A DNA stretch of 64,000 nucleotides from Desulfobaccales bacterium (GCA_049580385.1 JBAUPV010000020.1:13366-77365); one strand, 5' to 3'. Positions 26,087-36,480 are shown, numbered from the stretch's first letter. Made by a program: numbers and translations. Notes: a model not told the origin generated them from the sequence alone.

Positions 26087-26446
26087 TTGGCCTCTATTTT
26101 AGCCCCCTTCCGTCTTTTTCGCAATGCTCCGCTATGGTGTTCCCAACTGCAACTTGGGAATGAGATTATAAGTCTCAGCAACCGGAGGATGGCGCCCATA
26201 TTCTTTTTCTGTCACTTGGTCTCCCGGTGGTTAGTAGATCACACAACACCACCAGGGGAGGCCCCTTGCCAGGTTAAAGGAGAAACCCTACGCAAAAAAT
26301 AATCCTGGGGGATGATACACCTATCCTGTTTCCCCTGGCCGCTTTGGCAGAAACTTGGGCTTGGGTCAAGGATTGCTTTTGCTTAAGGTACTGATTAAGG
26401 TTTCTGGGAAGGCTGAGCCAAAAAGATGAAGGCGGAGGCAACTTCG

Positions 26447-26763
26447 ATGAAAAAGGTCAATGTGATTGAGGCCAATGATTTCTCGGAAACGGGCATGAAA
26501 AAACTGCTGGTACACGACTCTCCCTATTTCAAGATCCTTACTTCAATTTCAAAGCTGGCCAGGAACTCCCGGTCCATGCCCACGACATCGAGGGACAGGT
26601 GAGTTTGGTAGTCTTGGAGGGCCAGGGGGAGTTTCTCGGGAAAGACGGCGCCATACTGCCGGTCACCCAAGGAGACGTGCTGATTTCTGAGATCGCCGAA
26701 CCCCACGGGATCAGGGCCGGGACCGACCTGCGGCTGCTGGTCACCATTGCCCCGCCTATTTGA
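26447..26763 (+). pseudogene. Cupin-domain protein with an apparent 1-nt deletion (frameshift near 26538-26541)
   Basis: GGAGG lies 8 nt before ATG 26447 and gives MKKVNVIEANDFSETGMKKLLVHDSPYFKIL. The next frame continues YFNFKAGQELPVHAHDIEGQVSLVVLEGQGEFLGKDGAILPVTQGDVLISEIAEPHGIRAGTDLRLLVTIAPPI* (cupin motifs). The total length of 317 nt is not a multiple of 3. Confidence 0.6.
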
Positions 26764-26860
26764 GTAGCGAAAAAGATCAGTTTCCTGTTATCTTTCTCTG
26801 CCCTGGGGCCTTTGACTTTGATTCCGCCCTTCCCAGAAAACAGATAACCACCGCTGAGCC

Positions 26861-28591
26861 TTACAGAGGCAGGATGTCGCCGTCCTTGACCTGATAGCCC
26901 ATGGCTCTTAAGATGGCGGACTGCCGCTTGCTGACCGGCCCCACCATCCTTTTGAGCTTGCCCTCCTCTTTCTCCTGAAAGATGGCGGTCCTTAGGGACC
27001 TCAACTCCTCCACGGCCTCACGGGGAGCGAGGTGGAAGCCCTGGGCACTGAGGCGCTGGCACAGAAGGGCCAGGTAGGTCATGGCCGCCACGCAGACAAA
27101 CAAGTGCACCCGGATTTTGGAGCCGGTCCAATGGTAAAAGGGCCTGGGGGCCACCGGCATGGCGCTCAGGGGTTCGCCCCCGTTGGCGGCCCTGAGGCCG
27201 TTGATTTTGCCCCCCGGGTTTTGGGTCGCCAGGACCCACCTGCTGCTGCAGGCCTCAAATATTTCCGCCGGGGCCCAATCCTCCCGGTCGGTGATGAAGA
27301 TCTGTTTCCCGAAATTACGTACGCTGTCAGCCATCCGGCGGTGGTCGAGCTGCAAGACCGGGTGGGAGCGCCCCTTCTCCCGGACCCACTTAAAGAGGCT
27401 GGGGCTGATTTGCAGCCGCTGGCACAACTGAGTCAGGCGGTCTTTGAGGGCCTGGGGCGCCTCTTTCCCCGACCCTGCCTGCAAACAGCCTTGCTCCTGG
27501 GCCGCCATCTCCCTGCGCACTTTTTGGACCTTTTTTCCAAGTTCCCAGTAGCTCTTTTGGAAGGCCTCGGGGTCGAAGGTGACGAACACCCGGCGGGAGC
27601 CTCCCCAGAAGTCGGCCCGGGTTTCATAAAAAAGCACCCGATCGTCGTCATCTCCCAAGGTGGGGTGGAGCCCCTGGGCCAGTCCAGGCAGGGGGGAAAA
27701 CTTCTTCATGGAGATCTTGGTTAATTCCGGAGCCGCCTCGGGAGGGCAGGAGGCGATGAAGTGCAGCCCTTCCTGGCCGTTGAGACGGCTGACCAGGGCC
27801 TCGGAGTCTATCCCGCGGTGGAAAAGCAAGGTGACGTCCTTAACCGGCACCCCCAGATGCGCCACCCGGTCCAACAGCCCATCCAGGCCGCGGTCGAAGA
27901 ACATCCCTTCCGAAAGGTTCCCGGAAAAGATTTGATAATATAAGGGCACCCGCTGCGGCCAGGCGCTCACCAGGGCCAAACCGCTGCCCGGCTGCCGGGG
28001 TTGTCTGATAAACTCCTCGTCCGGCCACGCCTCAGCCAAGAGCGGAGACTTGGGGGTAGCCGGTAATCCGGCGGCTTCGATCAATAAACGTCTTTCCCCG
28101 TTGGCCAAAAGGGAGTTCACTTTTTTAAAAAAGGTGACCGCGATCCGTTCCAGGTCCGAGTCATTGATGCGATCCCAGTGGTTCCAGAAATTCTGGGAAT
28201 TTAGGGACTCCAGGCGCAGGGGCCGGATGCGTTGAATGTCGGTGGTCTCATACCAGGCGGCCAGTTGCCGCTTACTGGTGGGGGCGATGGCCCGGTTCAA
28301 GGTGGCGTAAAAGACCATGTCTCCAAGAGAAGGACCGTTGGTGCGCTTCTTGGGGGGCAGAATTTCATTGACTATCCCGGCCAGATCCAGGTCCTTGTCC
28401 AACTCATTGATGACAAAGACCGACCCGAACTCCTTGGGAGAAATCCCCCCGCGGCCCAAGAGGGTTTCGACCTTGTCCGCGGTGCCCAGATAGACCTGGT
28501 TCACGGTGGTGGACTTGCCTTTGACCCGCTGGTTCTCCCTGATATAGTAATATTCATGCCCTTTCTTAACTTTCTTGTATAGGTGAGCCAT
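26861..28591 (-). mobile_element. IS1634/IS4-superfamily DDE transposase (intact ORF, 576 aa)
   Basis: N-terminus MAHLYKKVKKGHEYYYIRENQRVKGKSTTVNQVYLG and C-terminus ...RPFYHWTGSKIRVHLFVCVAAMTYLALL follow the pattern I associate with IS1634-family transposases. Terminal inverted repeats were not identified. Confidence 0.6.
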
Positions 28592-28808
28592 ATTGCTTCC
28601 ATTCCAGTAAATTTAATTAGACCCTGCCCAATTCCGGGGTGCAAAACCTGAGTTATTTATAGCCCGATATTCGAGATTAAAGAGAATAAATACGCTTTTA
28701 CGTTGGAGCAAACCACTCCAATCCCCGTCACTCTTTCCGCAGCCCCCCAAAATACTCCCCTAATTTCAATGGCTTCGCAGCCGGCGCGCCTGCGGCGCGG
28801 CCCGGGGG

Positions 28809-29417
28809 TCATAGCTCCCCGGCCTTAAGGAGTGCCTGGGCCACCAGCGAGAGCAAGCTCCAGACCGCATCCAGGAACCAGAAGCGGTCCAGGTGGGCCG
28901 GCAGGGTAAAGGAGACCTGGGCCGGAAACTCCTCATCCGCCTGCCACAGGATCACTGCCACCGGCAGCCCGGGAAAGACCCGCAGGGCCAGGGCCGAGTC
29001 CCCTGCCGGCTGAACTTCCGCCCCGAGCTTCCGGCCGGCGGCCAGGAAACCGGCCAGATCCCGGCCAAACCTGGCTTCCAGGGGGGCGTTGGGAAGCATG
29101 TGATGGCCCCGGAAAAAGGTGGCCCCTCCCGGCAATTCCAGGGGGCCGATGGGGGGCCCCAAGCCCGAGGGGACCAAATGCAGCAGGTAGGTGAGGGCCA
29201 ACAGGCAGGCCCGGAACCCCGGGTCCTCCTCCAGCCCCGGAAGCACCCGGACCTGCCGCCGGGCCGGATCGATCCGCAACTCCCGGTCTAGAAAGGGTAA
29301 TTCGTACTCCCCCTCCCGGAAAACGACCCCGGTGCGGCCGGTCACCTCTGCCGGGTCCCGCTCCCCCAAATCACCCCAGAGTTCCTGGCTCACTTCGGCG
29401 CACTTCTCATAGGCCAT
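28809..29417 (-). CDS. DUF3786-like protein
   Basis: MAYEKCAEVSQELWGDLGERDPAEVTGRTGVVFREGEYELPFLDRELRIDP... resembles the conserved opening of DUF3786 proteins. Assigned from memory only. Confidence 0.5.
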   Translation of the reverse strand: MAYEKCAEVSQELWGDLGERDPAEVTGRTGVVFREGEYELPFLDRELRIDPARRQVRVLPGLEEDPGFRACLLALTYLLHLVPSGLGPPIGPLELPGGATFFRGHHMLPNAPLEARFGRDLAGFLAAGRKLGAEVQPAGDSALALRVFPGLPVAVILWQADEEFPAQVSFTLPAHLDRFWFLDAVWSLLSLVAQALLKAGEL

Positions 29418-29597
29418 CTAGTTCTCCGGACCATTTTGCCGGTTGTGTCCGCACCTTGGCAGTTTGCTGCGCCGCCAGCCATTTCCGCAGCAGGCTGCAA
29501 AGGTAGAGAACCATTTTACCAGGATTGGCGATTTTGAGGTTTCGTATTCCTCGCATATTGTATACTATTGCGTTCGGGAACGTCACCAACCATACCT

Positions 29598-31700
29598 ATG
29601 AATAAATTCTTCTATCCAAAAAGTCTGGCAGTAGTGGGGGTATCGGACTCCCCTGACAACCTGGCCCGGGGGATTGTGGCCAATCTCTTGCAGTTTAATT
29701 ATCAGGGGAAGATATTTCTGGTGGGCCGCAGGCCCGGCTCTGCCTTTGGTTTACCCATCCTCCCGAGCCTCCGGGAGCTTCCCGAGCCGGTGGACCTGGC
29801 GGTGATCCTGGCTCCGGCCCGTTTGGTGCCGGCCCTGGTTAAGGACTGCGGAGAGTTGGGCATCTCCCGGGTGGTGGTGGAAGCCGCCGGGTTTTCCGAA
29901 CTTAGTGAGGCTGGCCGGGTCCTGGAAGAGGAAGTCCGGGCCCTTCTAAAAAAGTACCAAATGCGGCTCATCGGCCCCAACGGGCTGGGCTGCATGAACC
30001 TGGAGACCGGCTTGGCCTTGCCCTTCGCCCAATTGGAGCCCCGGCCCAGGCTGGGGCGGATCTCCATCATTGCGCAGAGCGGCGGGGTGGCAACTCATCT
30101 GATGGCCTGGATGACCCGGGAAGGCCTGGGGGTCAACAAATTCCTGAGCCTGGGCAACAAGCTGGACGTGGCGGAAAACGAGGCCCTGGCCTATTTCCTG
30201 GAGGACCCGGGGACTGAAGCGGTCTATCTCTATCTCGAAGGAATCGAGGCTGGCCGGGGCCTCTTGGAGGCGGCCCGGGGGTCCACCAAACCCATTTTCC
30301 TGCAGGTGGCCAACGTGGGGGCGGAGACCGCGGCCATTGCCCAATCCCACACCGCTTCCCTCAGCACCGACGAGGAAGTGCTGGCCGCTGCCTGCCGCCA
30401 GGGCGGCCTGGTGCACCTCCGCAGCCAGGCGGAGTTTCTCTCCCTGGCCAAGCTGGTGGGCCAGCCTCCGGTTAAGGGAAACCGCCTGGTGATTTTCTCC
30501 CGCAGCGGCGGTGAGGCGGTGGTGGGCGCCTATGCCTGCCGCCGGCACGGTTTCCGCCTGCCGCCGTTGGCCCCGCCGCTGGCGGATTTTATCCGCTCCC
30601 ACTCCCGGGCCGGGGTCATCAGCGCCGGCAACCCCATCGATCTTGGGGACGTCTTCGACTTCACCGTCTATACCGAAGTGATGGCCCAGGTCTGCCGCGA
30701 TCCGGAAGTGGACGCGGTCCTCCTCCACTATGGCCCCATGGCCGACTTTGAGATCCCGGCCGGCCGGGAAATGGCCCGGCGCATGGTGGAGCTGGCCCGA
30801 TCTGCCGGCAAGCCCCTGGCCATCACCCTGTTGATAACCCTGGCGGAAGAGGAATTTTTCCGGGAAACCCTGGGGGTGCCGGTGTATCGCTTCCCCGAAG
30901 AGGCGGTCCGGGCCCTGGCCTTGAGCCGGGATCAGGCCCTGGCCTCCGCCCCGGAGGTTGCCGTGGCGGCCGCCCCCTTGCCGGCTGCGGAGGAGCTCTC
31001 CCGGTGGCTGGCCCCAACAAGAGAGGCCAAAGAGACCCGGGAGGGATTCCTGCCTCTGCCCCTGGCCCTCACCATCATTGAGGCCGTGGGAGTGGCGGCG
31101 GCCCCCTGGCAAGTGGCCAAAGGTCCGGAGGAAGCGGCCGCGGCCGCCGTTTCCTTCGGTTTTCCCGTGGTCCTGAAACTGGCCGCCGCCAGCCTGGTGC
31201 ATAAGACCGAAGCCGGGGCTGTCCTCTTGAATCTTAAGGATGGCGAGGCGGTAATGGCCGCCTACCGGCAACTGGCCGGCCTGGCTCAGGAGGGCCTGCC
31301 CCCGGAGGAGCCCTGGCAGGTAGTAGTCATGGCCCAGGTGGCCGGCGGCCGGGAAGTGCTGCTGGGAGGCCGCCGGGATCGGACCTTTGGGCCAGTCCTG
31401 GCCTTTGGGGCCGGGGGTCTGGAAACCGAGATCCTCGCTGACGTGGCCCTCAGACTGGCCCCCATCAGCCCGGCCCAGGCCCGGGACCTCATGGCGGAGA
31501 CCCATATCGGCCGCGGGCTAGCCGGTTTCCGGGGCCAGCCCCCCGCGGACCTGGAAACCCTGAGCCAGGCCCTGGCGAACCTGTCCCAGCTATTGGCTCA
31601 GTTTCCCCAAATCCAGGAGGTGGACCTCAACCCGGTGCTGGTCTTTCCCGGCCGGCCCGGACTTATGGCCCTGGACGCCCGGATTCGAGTTTTTTCTTAG
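29598..31700 (+). CDS. ADP(NDP)-forming acetyl/acyl-CoA synthetase, fused alpha-beta type
   Basis: CoA-binding opening FFYPKSLAVVGVSDSPDNLARGIV. Ligase-CoA domain IGPNGLGCMN..IAQSGG. C-terminal ATP-grasp (FGFPVVLKLAAASLVHKTEAGAV...EVDLNPV). Confidence 0.88.
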   Translation: MNKFFYPKSLAVVGVSDSPDNLARGIVANLLQFNYQGKIFLVGRRPGSAFGLPILPSLRELPEPVDLAVILAPARLVPALVKDCGELGISRVVVEAAGFSELSEAGRVLEEEVRALLKKYQMRLIGPNGLGCMNLETGLALPFAQLEPRPRLGRISIIAQSGGVATHLMAWMTREGLGVNKFLSLGNKLDVAENEALAYFLEDPGTEAVYLYLEGIEAGRGLLEAARGSTKPIFLQVANVGAETAAIAQSHTASLSTDEEVLAAACRQGGLVHLRSQAEFLSLAKLVGQPPVKGNRLVIFSRSGGEAVVGAYACRRHGFRLPPLAPPLADFIRSHSRAGVISAGNPIDLGDVFDFTVYTEVMAQVCRDPEVDAVLLHYGPMADFEIPAGREMARRMVELARSAGKPLAITLLITLAEEEFFRETLGVPVYRFPEEAVRALALSRDQALASAPEVAVAAAPLPAAEELSRWLAPTREAKETREGFLPLPLALTIIEAVGVAAAPWQVAKGPEEAAAAAVSFGFPVVLKLAAASLVHKTEAGAVLLNLKDGEAVMAAYRQLAGLAQEGLPPEEPWQVVVMAQVAGGREVLLGGRRDRTFGPVLAFGAGGLETEILADVALRLAPISPAQARDLMAETHIGRGLAGFRGQPPADLETLSQALANLSQLLAQFPQIQEVDLNPVLVFPGRPGLMALDARIRVFS

Positions 31701-31709
31701 GGTAAGGGG

Positions 31710-32642
31710 ATGGCGGCGAATAATGCGGTTATCTGTTATCTGTTTTCTGTGAAGGGCAAAATCGGCGTCAAAGGCAAGGTAGGGCTGGGTTTTAAACCCG
31801 CCGCTACAGAGACCGAAAACAGGTGGCAACGACTGACCGCGGCTTTCTTGATCGGCCTGGTGGCCGGGCTCTTCGGGGGCCTGATCGGCGTGGGGGGCGG
31901 GGCCATCATGATCCCTCTGATGGTGCGCCACTTCAAATTAAGCCAGCACCAGGGCCACGGCACCAGTCTCATGGCCCTGGTCTTCACCGGGCTGGCCGGA
32001 GCCTTCACATATTATCTGCACGGCTCGGTGGACTTTATGGCCGCCGGCCTGCTGGCCGCCGCCGCCATCTGCACCGCCCGTTTCGGAGCCCTTTATGCCC
32101 ACGCCCTGCCGGAATGGCAACTCAAGAGGGCCTTTGGCTGCTTTTTGATCTGCGTCTCCCTGTTGCTACTGAGCAAACCGTACCTCTCCCACCTGGCGGT
32201 TCTCTCCCATCCCATCGTGGGCTGGGGCAAGGTTGCGGTGCTGCTGGCCTGCGGCGGGGTGGCCGGTTTCATCGCCGGGATGATGGGGGTGGGCGGCGGC
32301 GGCCTCATGATCCCGGCCATGGTGCTGTTGTTGGGCTTTAGCCAATACACCGCCCAGGGGACCTCGCTGTTGGCCATAGCGCCGGGGGGAGCGGTGGGGG
32401 CCTTTACCCACCGGCGTTTGGGCAACGTGGTCCACCGGATCCTGCCCGGCCTGGTTTCCGGGATCATGCTGGGTGCCTACCTGGGCGGCAACCTGGCCCA
32501 TCTCCTGGCCGAAGCCCAACTGCGCCTGATCTTTGGCGCGGCGCTCATCTGGCTGGGAACCCGGGATATCCGGGCCGCCTACCGGAAGCGGCGAAAGGCG
32601 GAGGCCAGGTCCAGGCGTGAGGCCGGCGGCTTGGCTAAATAA
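31710..32642 (+). CDS. TauE/SafE (TSUP, DUF81) family anion exporter
   Basis: Two internal repeats with GLFGGLIGVGGGAIMIPLMV and GFIAGMMGVGGGGLMIPAMV. About 8 hydrophobic segments. The start is uncertain (ATG 31710 or GTG 31749). Confidence 0.8.
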   Translation: MAANNAVICYLFSVKGKIGVKGKVGLGFKPAATETENRWQRLTAAFLIGLVAGLFGGLIGVGGGAIMIPLMVRHFKLSQHQGHGTSLMALVFTGLAGAFTYYLHGSVDFMAAGLLAAAAICTARFGALYAHALPEWQLKRAFGCFLICVSLLLLSKPYLSHLAVLSHPIVGWGKVAVLLACGGVAGFIAGMMGVGGGGLMIPAMVLLLGFSQYTAQGTSLLAIAPGGAVGAFTHRRLGNVVHRILPGLVSGIMLGAYLGGNLAHLLAEAQLRLIFGAALIWLGTRDIRAAYRKRRKAEARSRREAGGLAK

Positions 32643-32816
32643 AGGTAGTGGAGTGTTTCATAACTAGCTGACATAATATCAGGCTCGGAACACTGGACTT
32701 AGCCGAGTTAAGTCCCCCTTTGAAAAAGTGGGATTTGCGGGGATTTCAAGAGGTTATATTAAATCCCCCTCCCCCCTTTGCCAAAGGGGGTAAAGACCGT
32801 TATTAATGTGGGCGTT

Positions 32817-33563
32817 ATGAAGGCCAAACAGAAGGAGATCACCCCGGAGTTCGCGGCGGCCCTGCTGCGCCAGGGGCGGAGGGCGGTGGCCTTGACCGGC
32901 GCCGGCATCTCGGTGGAATCCGGCATCCCCGACTTCCGCAGCGCCGACGGCCTCTGGTCCCGCTTCGATCCTTATGAATACGCCCACATCCGGGCCTTGC
33001 GCGCCAATCCGGCCAAGGTCTGGACCATGCTCCGGGAGATGGAGGGGCTCATCAGCCAGGCCCGCCCCAATCCGGCCCATCTGGCCCTGGCGGAGTTGGA
33101 GGCCCGGGGGATTCTCCTGGGTATCATCACCCAGAACGTGGACAATCTGCACCAGGCCGCGGGGAGCAAGCGGGTGGTGGAGTATCACGGCAACGCGGCG
33201 CGCCTCCGCTGCGACCTCTGCAAGGCGCCGCACCCCCGGGAGTCCGTCGATTTCCAGCAGCCTTCCGCTTATTGCCCTTGCGGCGGCCTCATCCGCCCCG
33301 ACGTGGTCTTTTTCGGCGAGGCCATCCCGCCTGCCGCCCAGGCGGAGGCCGAGGAGCTGGCCCGGGAGTGCGAGCTGCTCCTGGTGATCGGCACCTCCGG
33401 GGAAGTGGCCCCGGCCAGTTACCTCCCTCACATCGCCAAGGAGTCCGGCGCCACCATCGTGGAAAACAACCTGACACCCACCCGTCTCACCTATACCCTC
33501 ACCAACTACTTCCTGCCGGGCCAGGCGGGGAAGATCTGGCCGCAGGTGGTGCAGGCGCTCTAA
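32817..33563 (+). CDS. cobB: NAD-dependent protein deacylase, Sir2 family
   Basis: [42 protein letters not shown], Zn ribbon CDLC...[18 protein letters not shown]. Confidence 0.9.
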   Translation: MKAKQKEITPEFAAALLRQGRRAVALTGAGISVESGIPDFRSADGLWSRFDPYEYAHIRALRANPAKVWTMLREMEGLISQARPNPAHLALAELEARGILLGIITQNVDNLHQAAGSKRVVEYHGNAARLRCDLCKAPHPRESVDFQQPSAYCPCGGLIRPDVVFFGEAIPPAAQAEAEELARECELLLVIGTSGEVAPASYLPHIAKESGATIVENNLTPTRLTYTLTNYFLPGQAGKIWPQVVQAL

Positions 33564-33586
33564 TCCCTGATAAATTATTTCCTCTC

Positions 33587-33808
33587 GTTCCCAAGCTCCT
33601 GCTTGGGAACGCAAATTTTAACCCCAAGCTCTGCTTGGGGACATCTTTATCTCATCCACAACCTAATGATACTGAGTGATATCATTTGCCAAGCGGGAGC
33701 TTGGCAAATAAGGTGGTTCCCAAGCAGGAGCTTGGGAACCAGGATTCATAAAGGGGCGACCCAACGGGTCGACCCTACCTTCTGGCGGCACCGGCTTCCA
33801 GCCGGTGC
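33587..33808. repeat. Cluster of six short GC-rich hairpin (REP-like) palindromes between convergent cobB and clpB
   Basis: GTTCCCAAGC-tcct-GCTTGGGAAC (33587-33610). CCCCAAGC-tct-GCTTGGGG (33622-33640). TTTGCCAAGC-ggga-GCTTGGCAAA (33685-33708). GTTCCCAAGC-agga-GCTTGGGAAC (33716-33739). GACCC-aac-GGGTC (33758-33770). GCACCGGC-ttcca-GCCGGTGC (33788-33808). Confidence 0.9.
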
Positions 33809-33863
33809 GGCAGGGCCAGTGGCTCTGGCGGCGGGTTTCAAACCTGCCCCCCAATCATAGCGT

Positions 33864-36452
33864 CTATTTCTTCTTTTTGAAGGTTAGCCCTTCCCCGGCC
33901 TTGTCCGCGTCCACCAGGATGTTGTCGCCTTCCTGAAAACGTCCTTCCAGGAGCAGGGGGGCCAGCTTGTCCTGGAGGTAGTGCTGGATGGCCCGGCGCA
34001 GGGGCCGGGCCCCGTACACCGGGTCGTAGCCCGCCTCGGCCAGGAAGTCCCGGGCCTTATCGCTCAGTTCGAGCGTTAGCTGGCGCTCCGCCAGGAGCTT
34101 CCGCAGCCTGGCCATCTGCAGGGAAACGATCTCCCGCAGCTGCTCCTTGCTCAGGCGGTGGAAGATGATGATATCGTCCACCCGGTTGAGGAATTCCGGC
34201 TTGAAATGGAGCCGCAGCGCCTCCATGACCCGCTCCCGCATGAGCTTTTCGTCGCTGATCTCGGAGAGGTACTGGCTGCCCAGGTTGGAGGTCATGATCA
34301 CAATGGTGTTCTTGAAATCCACGGTGCGGCCGTGGCCGTCGGTGAGGCGGCCATCGTCGAGTATCTGCAGGAGGGAATTGAAGACCTCCGGGTGGGCCTT
34401 CTCGATTTCATCGAAGAGGACCACCGAGTAGGGCCGCCGGCGCACCGCCTCGGTGAGCTGCCCTCCTTCCTCGTAGCCCACGTACCCCGGGGGGGCGCCG
34501 ATGAGCCGGGAGACCGTGTGCTTTTCCATGTACTCGCTCATGTCCAGTCGCACCATGGCCGCCTCTGAATCGAAAAGAAATTCGGCCAGGGCCCGGGCCA
34601 GTTCGGTCTTGCCCACCCCGGTGGGACCCAGGAAAATGAAGGAACCCAGGGGCCGGTTGGGGTCCTGTAAGCCGGAGCGGGCCCGGCGCACCGCGTTGGA
34701 GACCGCTTGCACCGCCTCCTCCTGGCCCACTACCCGGGCCGCCAGGCGCTCCTCCATGTGCAGCAGCTTTTGTTTCTCGCCTTCCAGCAAGCGGGTCACC
34801 GGGACTCCGCTCCATTTGGAGACCACTTCGGCGATGTCTTCGGCGTCCACCTCTTCCTTGAGCATGGCCCCTTGCTGCTGCATGTCTGCCAGCTTCTGGG
34901 TTTCAGCTTCCAGGTCCTTTTGCAGGTTGAGCAGCGCCCCGTATTTCAGCTCCGCGGCCCGGGCCAGGTCGCCGAGGCGTTCCGCCTGGGCGGCGTCGGT
35001 CTGGGCCTTCTCGATCTGCTCCTTGATGGCGCGGATGCGGCTGATGACGTCCTTTTCCCGCTGCCAGCGGGCCTTGAGGGCGCCGCTTTTCTCCCTGAGG
35101 GCGGCCAGGCTCTTCTCGATCTTGAGCAGGCGCTCCTTGGAGGCCGGGTCCTGCTCCTTGCGCAGGGCCTCCCGTTCGATCTCCTCCTGGGTGATCCTGC
35201 GCTCCACCTGGTCAATGTCCGCGGGGCGGGAATCGATCTCCATACGCAGCTTGGAGGCGGCCTCATCGATCAGGTCGATGGCCTTGTCCGGCAGGTGCCG
35301 GTCGGTGAGGTAGCGGTCGGAGAGGGTGGCCGCGGCCACGATGGCGCTATCCTTGATGCGCACCCCGTGGTGCACTTCGTATTTTTCCTTCAGGCCTCGG
35401 AGGATGGCGATGGTATCCTCCACCGAGGGCTCGTTTACCATGATGGGCTGGAAGCGGCGCTCCAGGGCCGCGTCCTTCTCGATGTATTTGCGGTACTCGT
35501 TGATGGTGGTGGCCCCGACGCAATGGAGCTCACCCCGGGCCAGGGCCGGCTTGATCATGTTGGAGGCGTCCACCGCTCCTTCGGCGGCGCCGGCTCCCAC
35601 CAGGGTATGGAGCTCGTCGATGAACATGATGGTCTGGCCTTCGGACTCGGTCACCTCCTTGAGCACCGCCTTCAGGCGGTCTTCGAACTCGCCCCGGAAC
35701 TTGGTGCCGGCGATCAGGGAGCCCAGGTCCAGGGCCACCAGGCGCTTGTTCTTCAGGCTCTCGGGGACGTCGCCGTCGACGATGCGCTGGGCCAGGCCTT
35801 CCACGATGGCGGTCTTGCCCACCCCGGCCTCGCCGATGAGCACCGGGTTGTTCTTGGTGCGCCGGGACAGCACCTGGATGACGCGCCGGATTTCGCTGTC
35901 CCGGCCGATGACCGGGTCCAGCTTGCCGTTGCGGGCCATCTCCGTCAGGTCCTTGCCGTATTTCTCCAGGGGCTGAAACTTCTCCTCCGGGGCCTGGTCG
36001 GTGACCCGTTGGGCACCCCTGAGATCCGCCAGGGCCTTGAGGATGGCCTCGGGGGTGAGCCCCTGGGCCTTGAGCAGCCTGCCCACCTCGGTGGCCTTGC
36101 CCGCGGCCAGGGCCCAAAGCAGGTGCTCGGTGGAGACGTAGTCGTCCTTCATCTGGCTGGCTTGCTTCAAGGCCTCGTCCAGGTCTTTATTGATGGCGGG
36201 GGAAAGGTAAACCTGGGCTTCGCCGCTCACCTTCGGCAGCCGGGTCAGCAGGTCTTCCGTCCCCTGGAGGAGTTTTTGGAGATCGACTTCCAATTTCTTC
36301 AGGAGGGGCCCGATGAGCCCCTCCTCCTGGGCCAGAAGGGTCCTGAGCAGGTGGGCCGGCTCCAACTGGTTGTGGTGCAACTGCCGGGCCAATTCCTGGG
36401 CCCCTTGCAGGGCCTCCTGGGCCTTATAGGTCAATTTGTCAACGGGGATCAA
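33864..36452 (-). CDS. clpB: ATP-dependent chaperone/disaggregase ClpB
   Basis: Clp-N repeats. Two AAA modules ([15 protein letters not shown]; [15 protein letters not shown]). Long coiled-coil middle domain. 862 aa. TTG start with GGAGG 8 nt upstream. Confidence 0.97.
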   Translation of the reverse strand: MIPVDKLTYKAQEALQGAQELARQLHHNQLEPAHLLRTLLAQEEGLIGPLLKKLEVDLQKLLQGTEDLLTRLPKVSGEAQVYLSPAINKDLDEALKQASQMKDDYVSTEHLLWALAAGKATEVGRLLKAQGLTPEAILKALADLRGAQRVTDQAPEEKFQPLEKYGKDLTEMARNGKLDPVIGRDSEIRRVIQVLSRRTKNNPVLIGEAGVGKTAIVEGLAQRIVDGDVPESLKNKRLVALDLGSLIAGTKFRGEFEDRLKAVLKEVTESEGQTIMFIDELHTLVGAGAAEGAVDASNMIKPALARGELHCVGATTINEYRKYIEKDAALERRFQPIMVNEPSVEDTIAILRGLKEKYEVHHGVRIKDSAIVAAATLSDRYLTDRHLPDKAIDLIDEAASKLRMEIDSRPADIDQVERRITQEEIEREALRKEQDPASKERLLKIEKSLAALREKSGALKARWQREKDVISRIRAIKEQIEKAQTDAAQAERLGDLARAAELKYGALLNLQKDLEAETQKLADMQQQGAMLKEEVDAEDIAEVVSKWSGVPVTRLLEGEKQKLLHMEERLAARVVGQEEAVQAVSNAVRRARSGLQDPNRPLGSFIFLGPTGVGKTELARALAEFLFDSEAAMVRLDMSEYMEKHTVSRLIGAPPGYVGYEEGGQLTEAVRRRPYSVVLFDEIEKAHPEVFNSLLQILDDGRLTDGHGRTVDFKNTIVIMTSNLGSQYLSEISDEKLMRERVMEALRLHFKPEFLNRVDDIIIFHRLSKEQLREIVSLQMARLRKLLAERQLTLELSDKARDFLAEAGYDPVYGARPLRRAIQHYLQDKLAPLLLEGRFQEGDNILVDADKAGEGLTFKKKK

Positions 36453-36480
36453 GTCTGCTGCCTCCTTCTCTAGTTGGGGT

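Noticed and set aside
29455-29475. TGGCAGTTTGCTGC upstream of the acyl-CoA synthetase as a sigma-54 promoter.
   Set aside because: The GG-to-GC spacing is one nucleotide short of the consensus.
32700-32795. CCCCCTTTG..AAAGGGGG and related strings (also at 36850-36890) that translate to 'PPLCQRG/PLRGD'-type peptides.
   Set aside because: These are short palindromic intergenic repeats, not coding sequence. I counted them with the general hairpin-repeat observation rather than as a separate system.
34707-36473. Very long ORFs antisense to or overlapping clpB (588 aa, 270 aa, 216 aa, 195 aa and others). Similar shadows lie opposite the acyl-CoA synthetase (29946-31505), the GRE (19605-20621, 20763-21761), the AOR (42784-43731), the liv genes and the secretin.
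   Set aside because: Their composition is typical of high-GC antisense frames (runs of G/R/P/A/L), with no RBS and no recognisable motifs. In each case the opposite-strand or other-frame gene has unambiguous family signatures.
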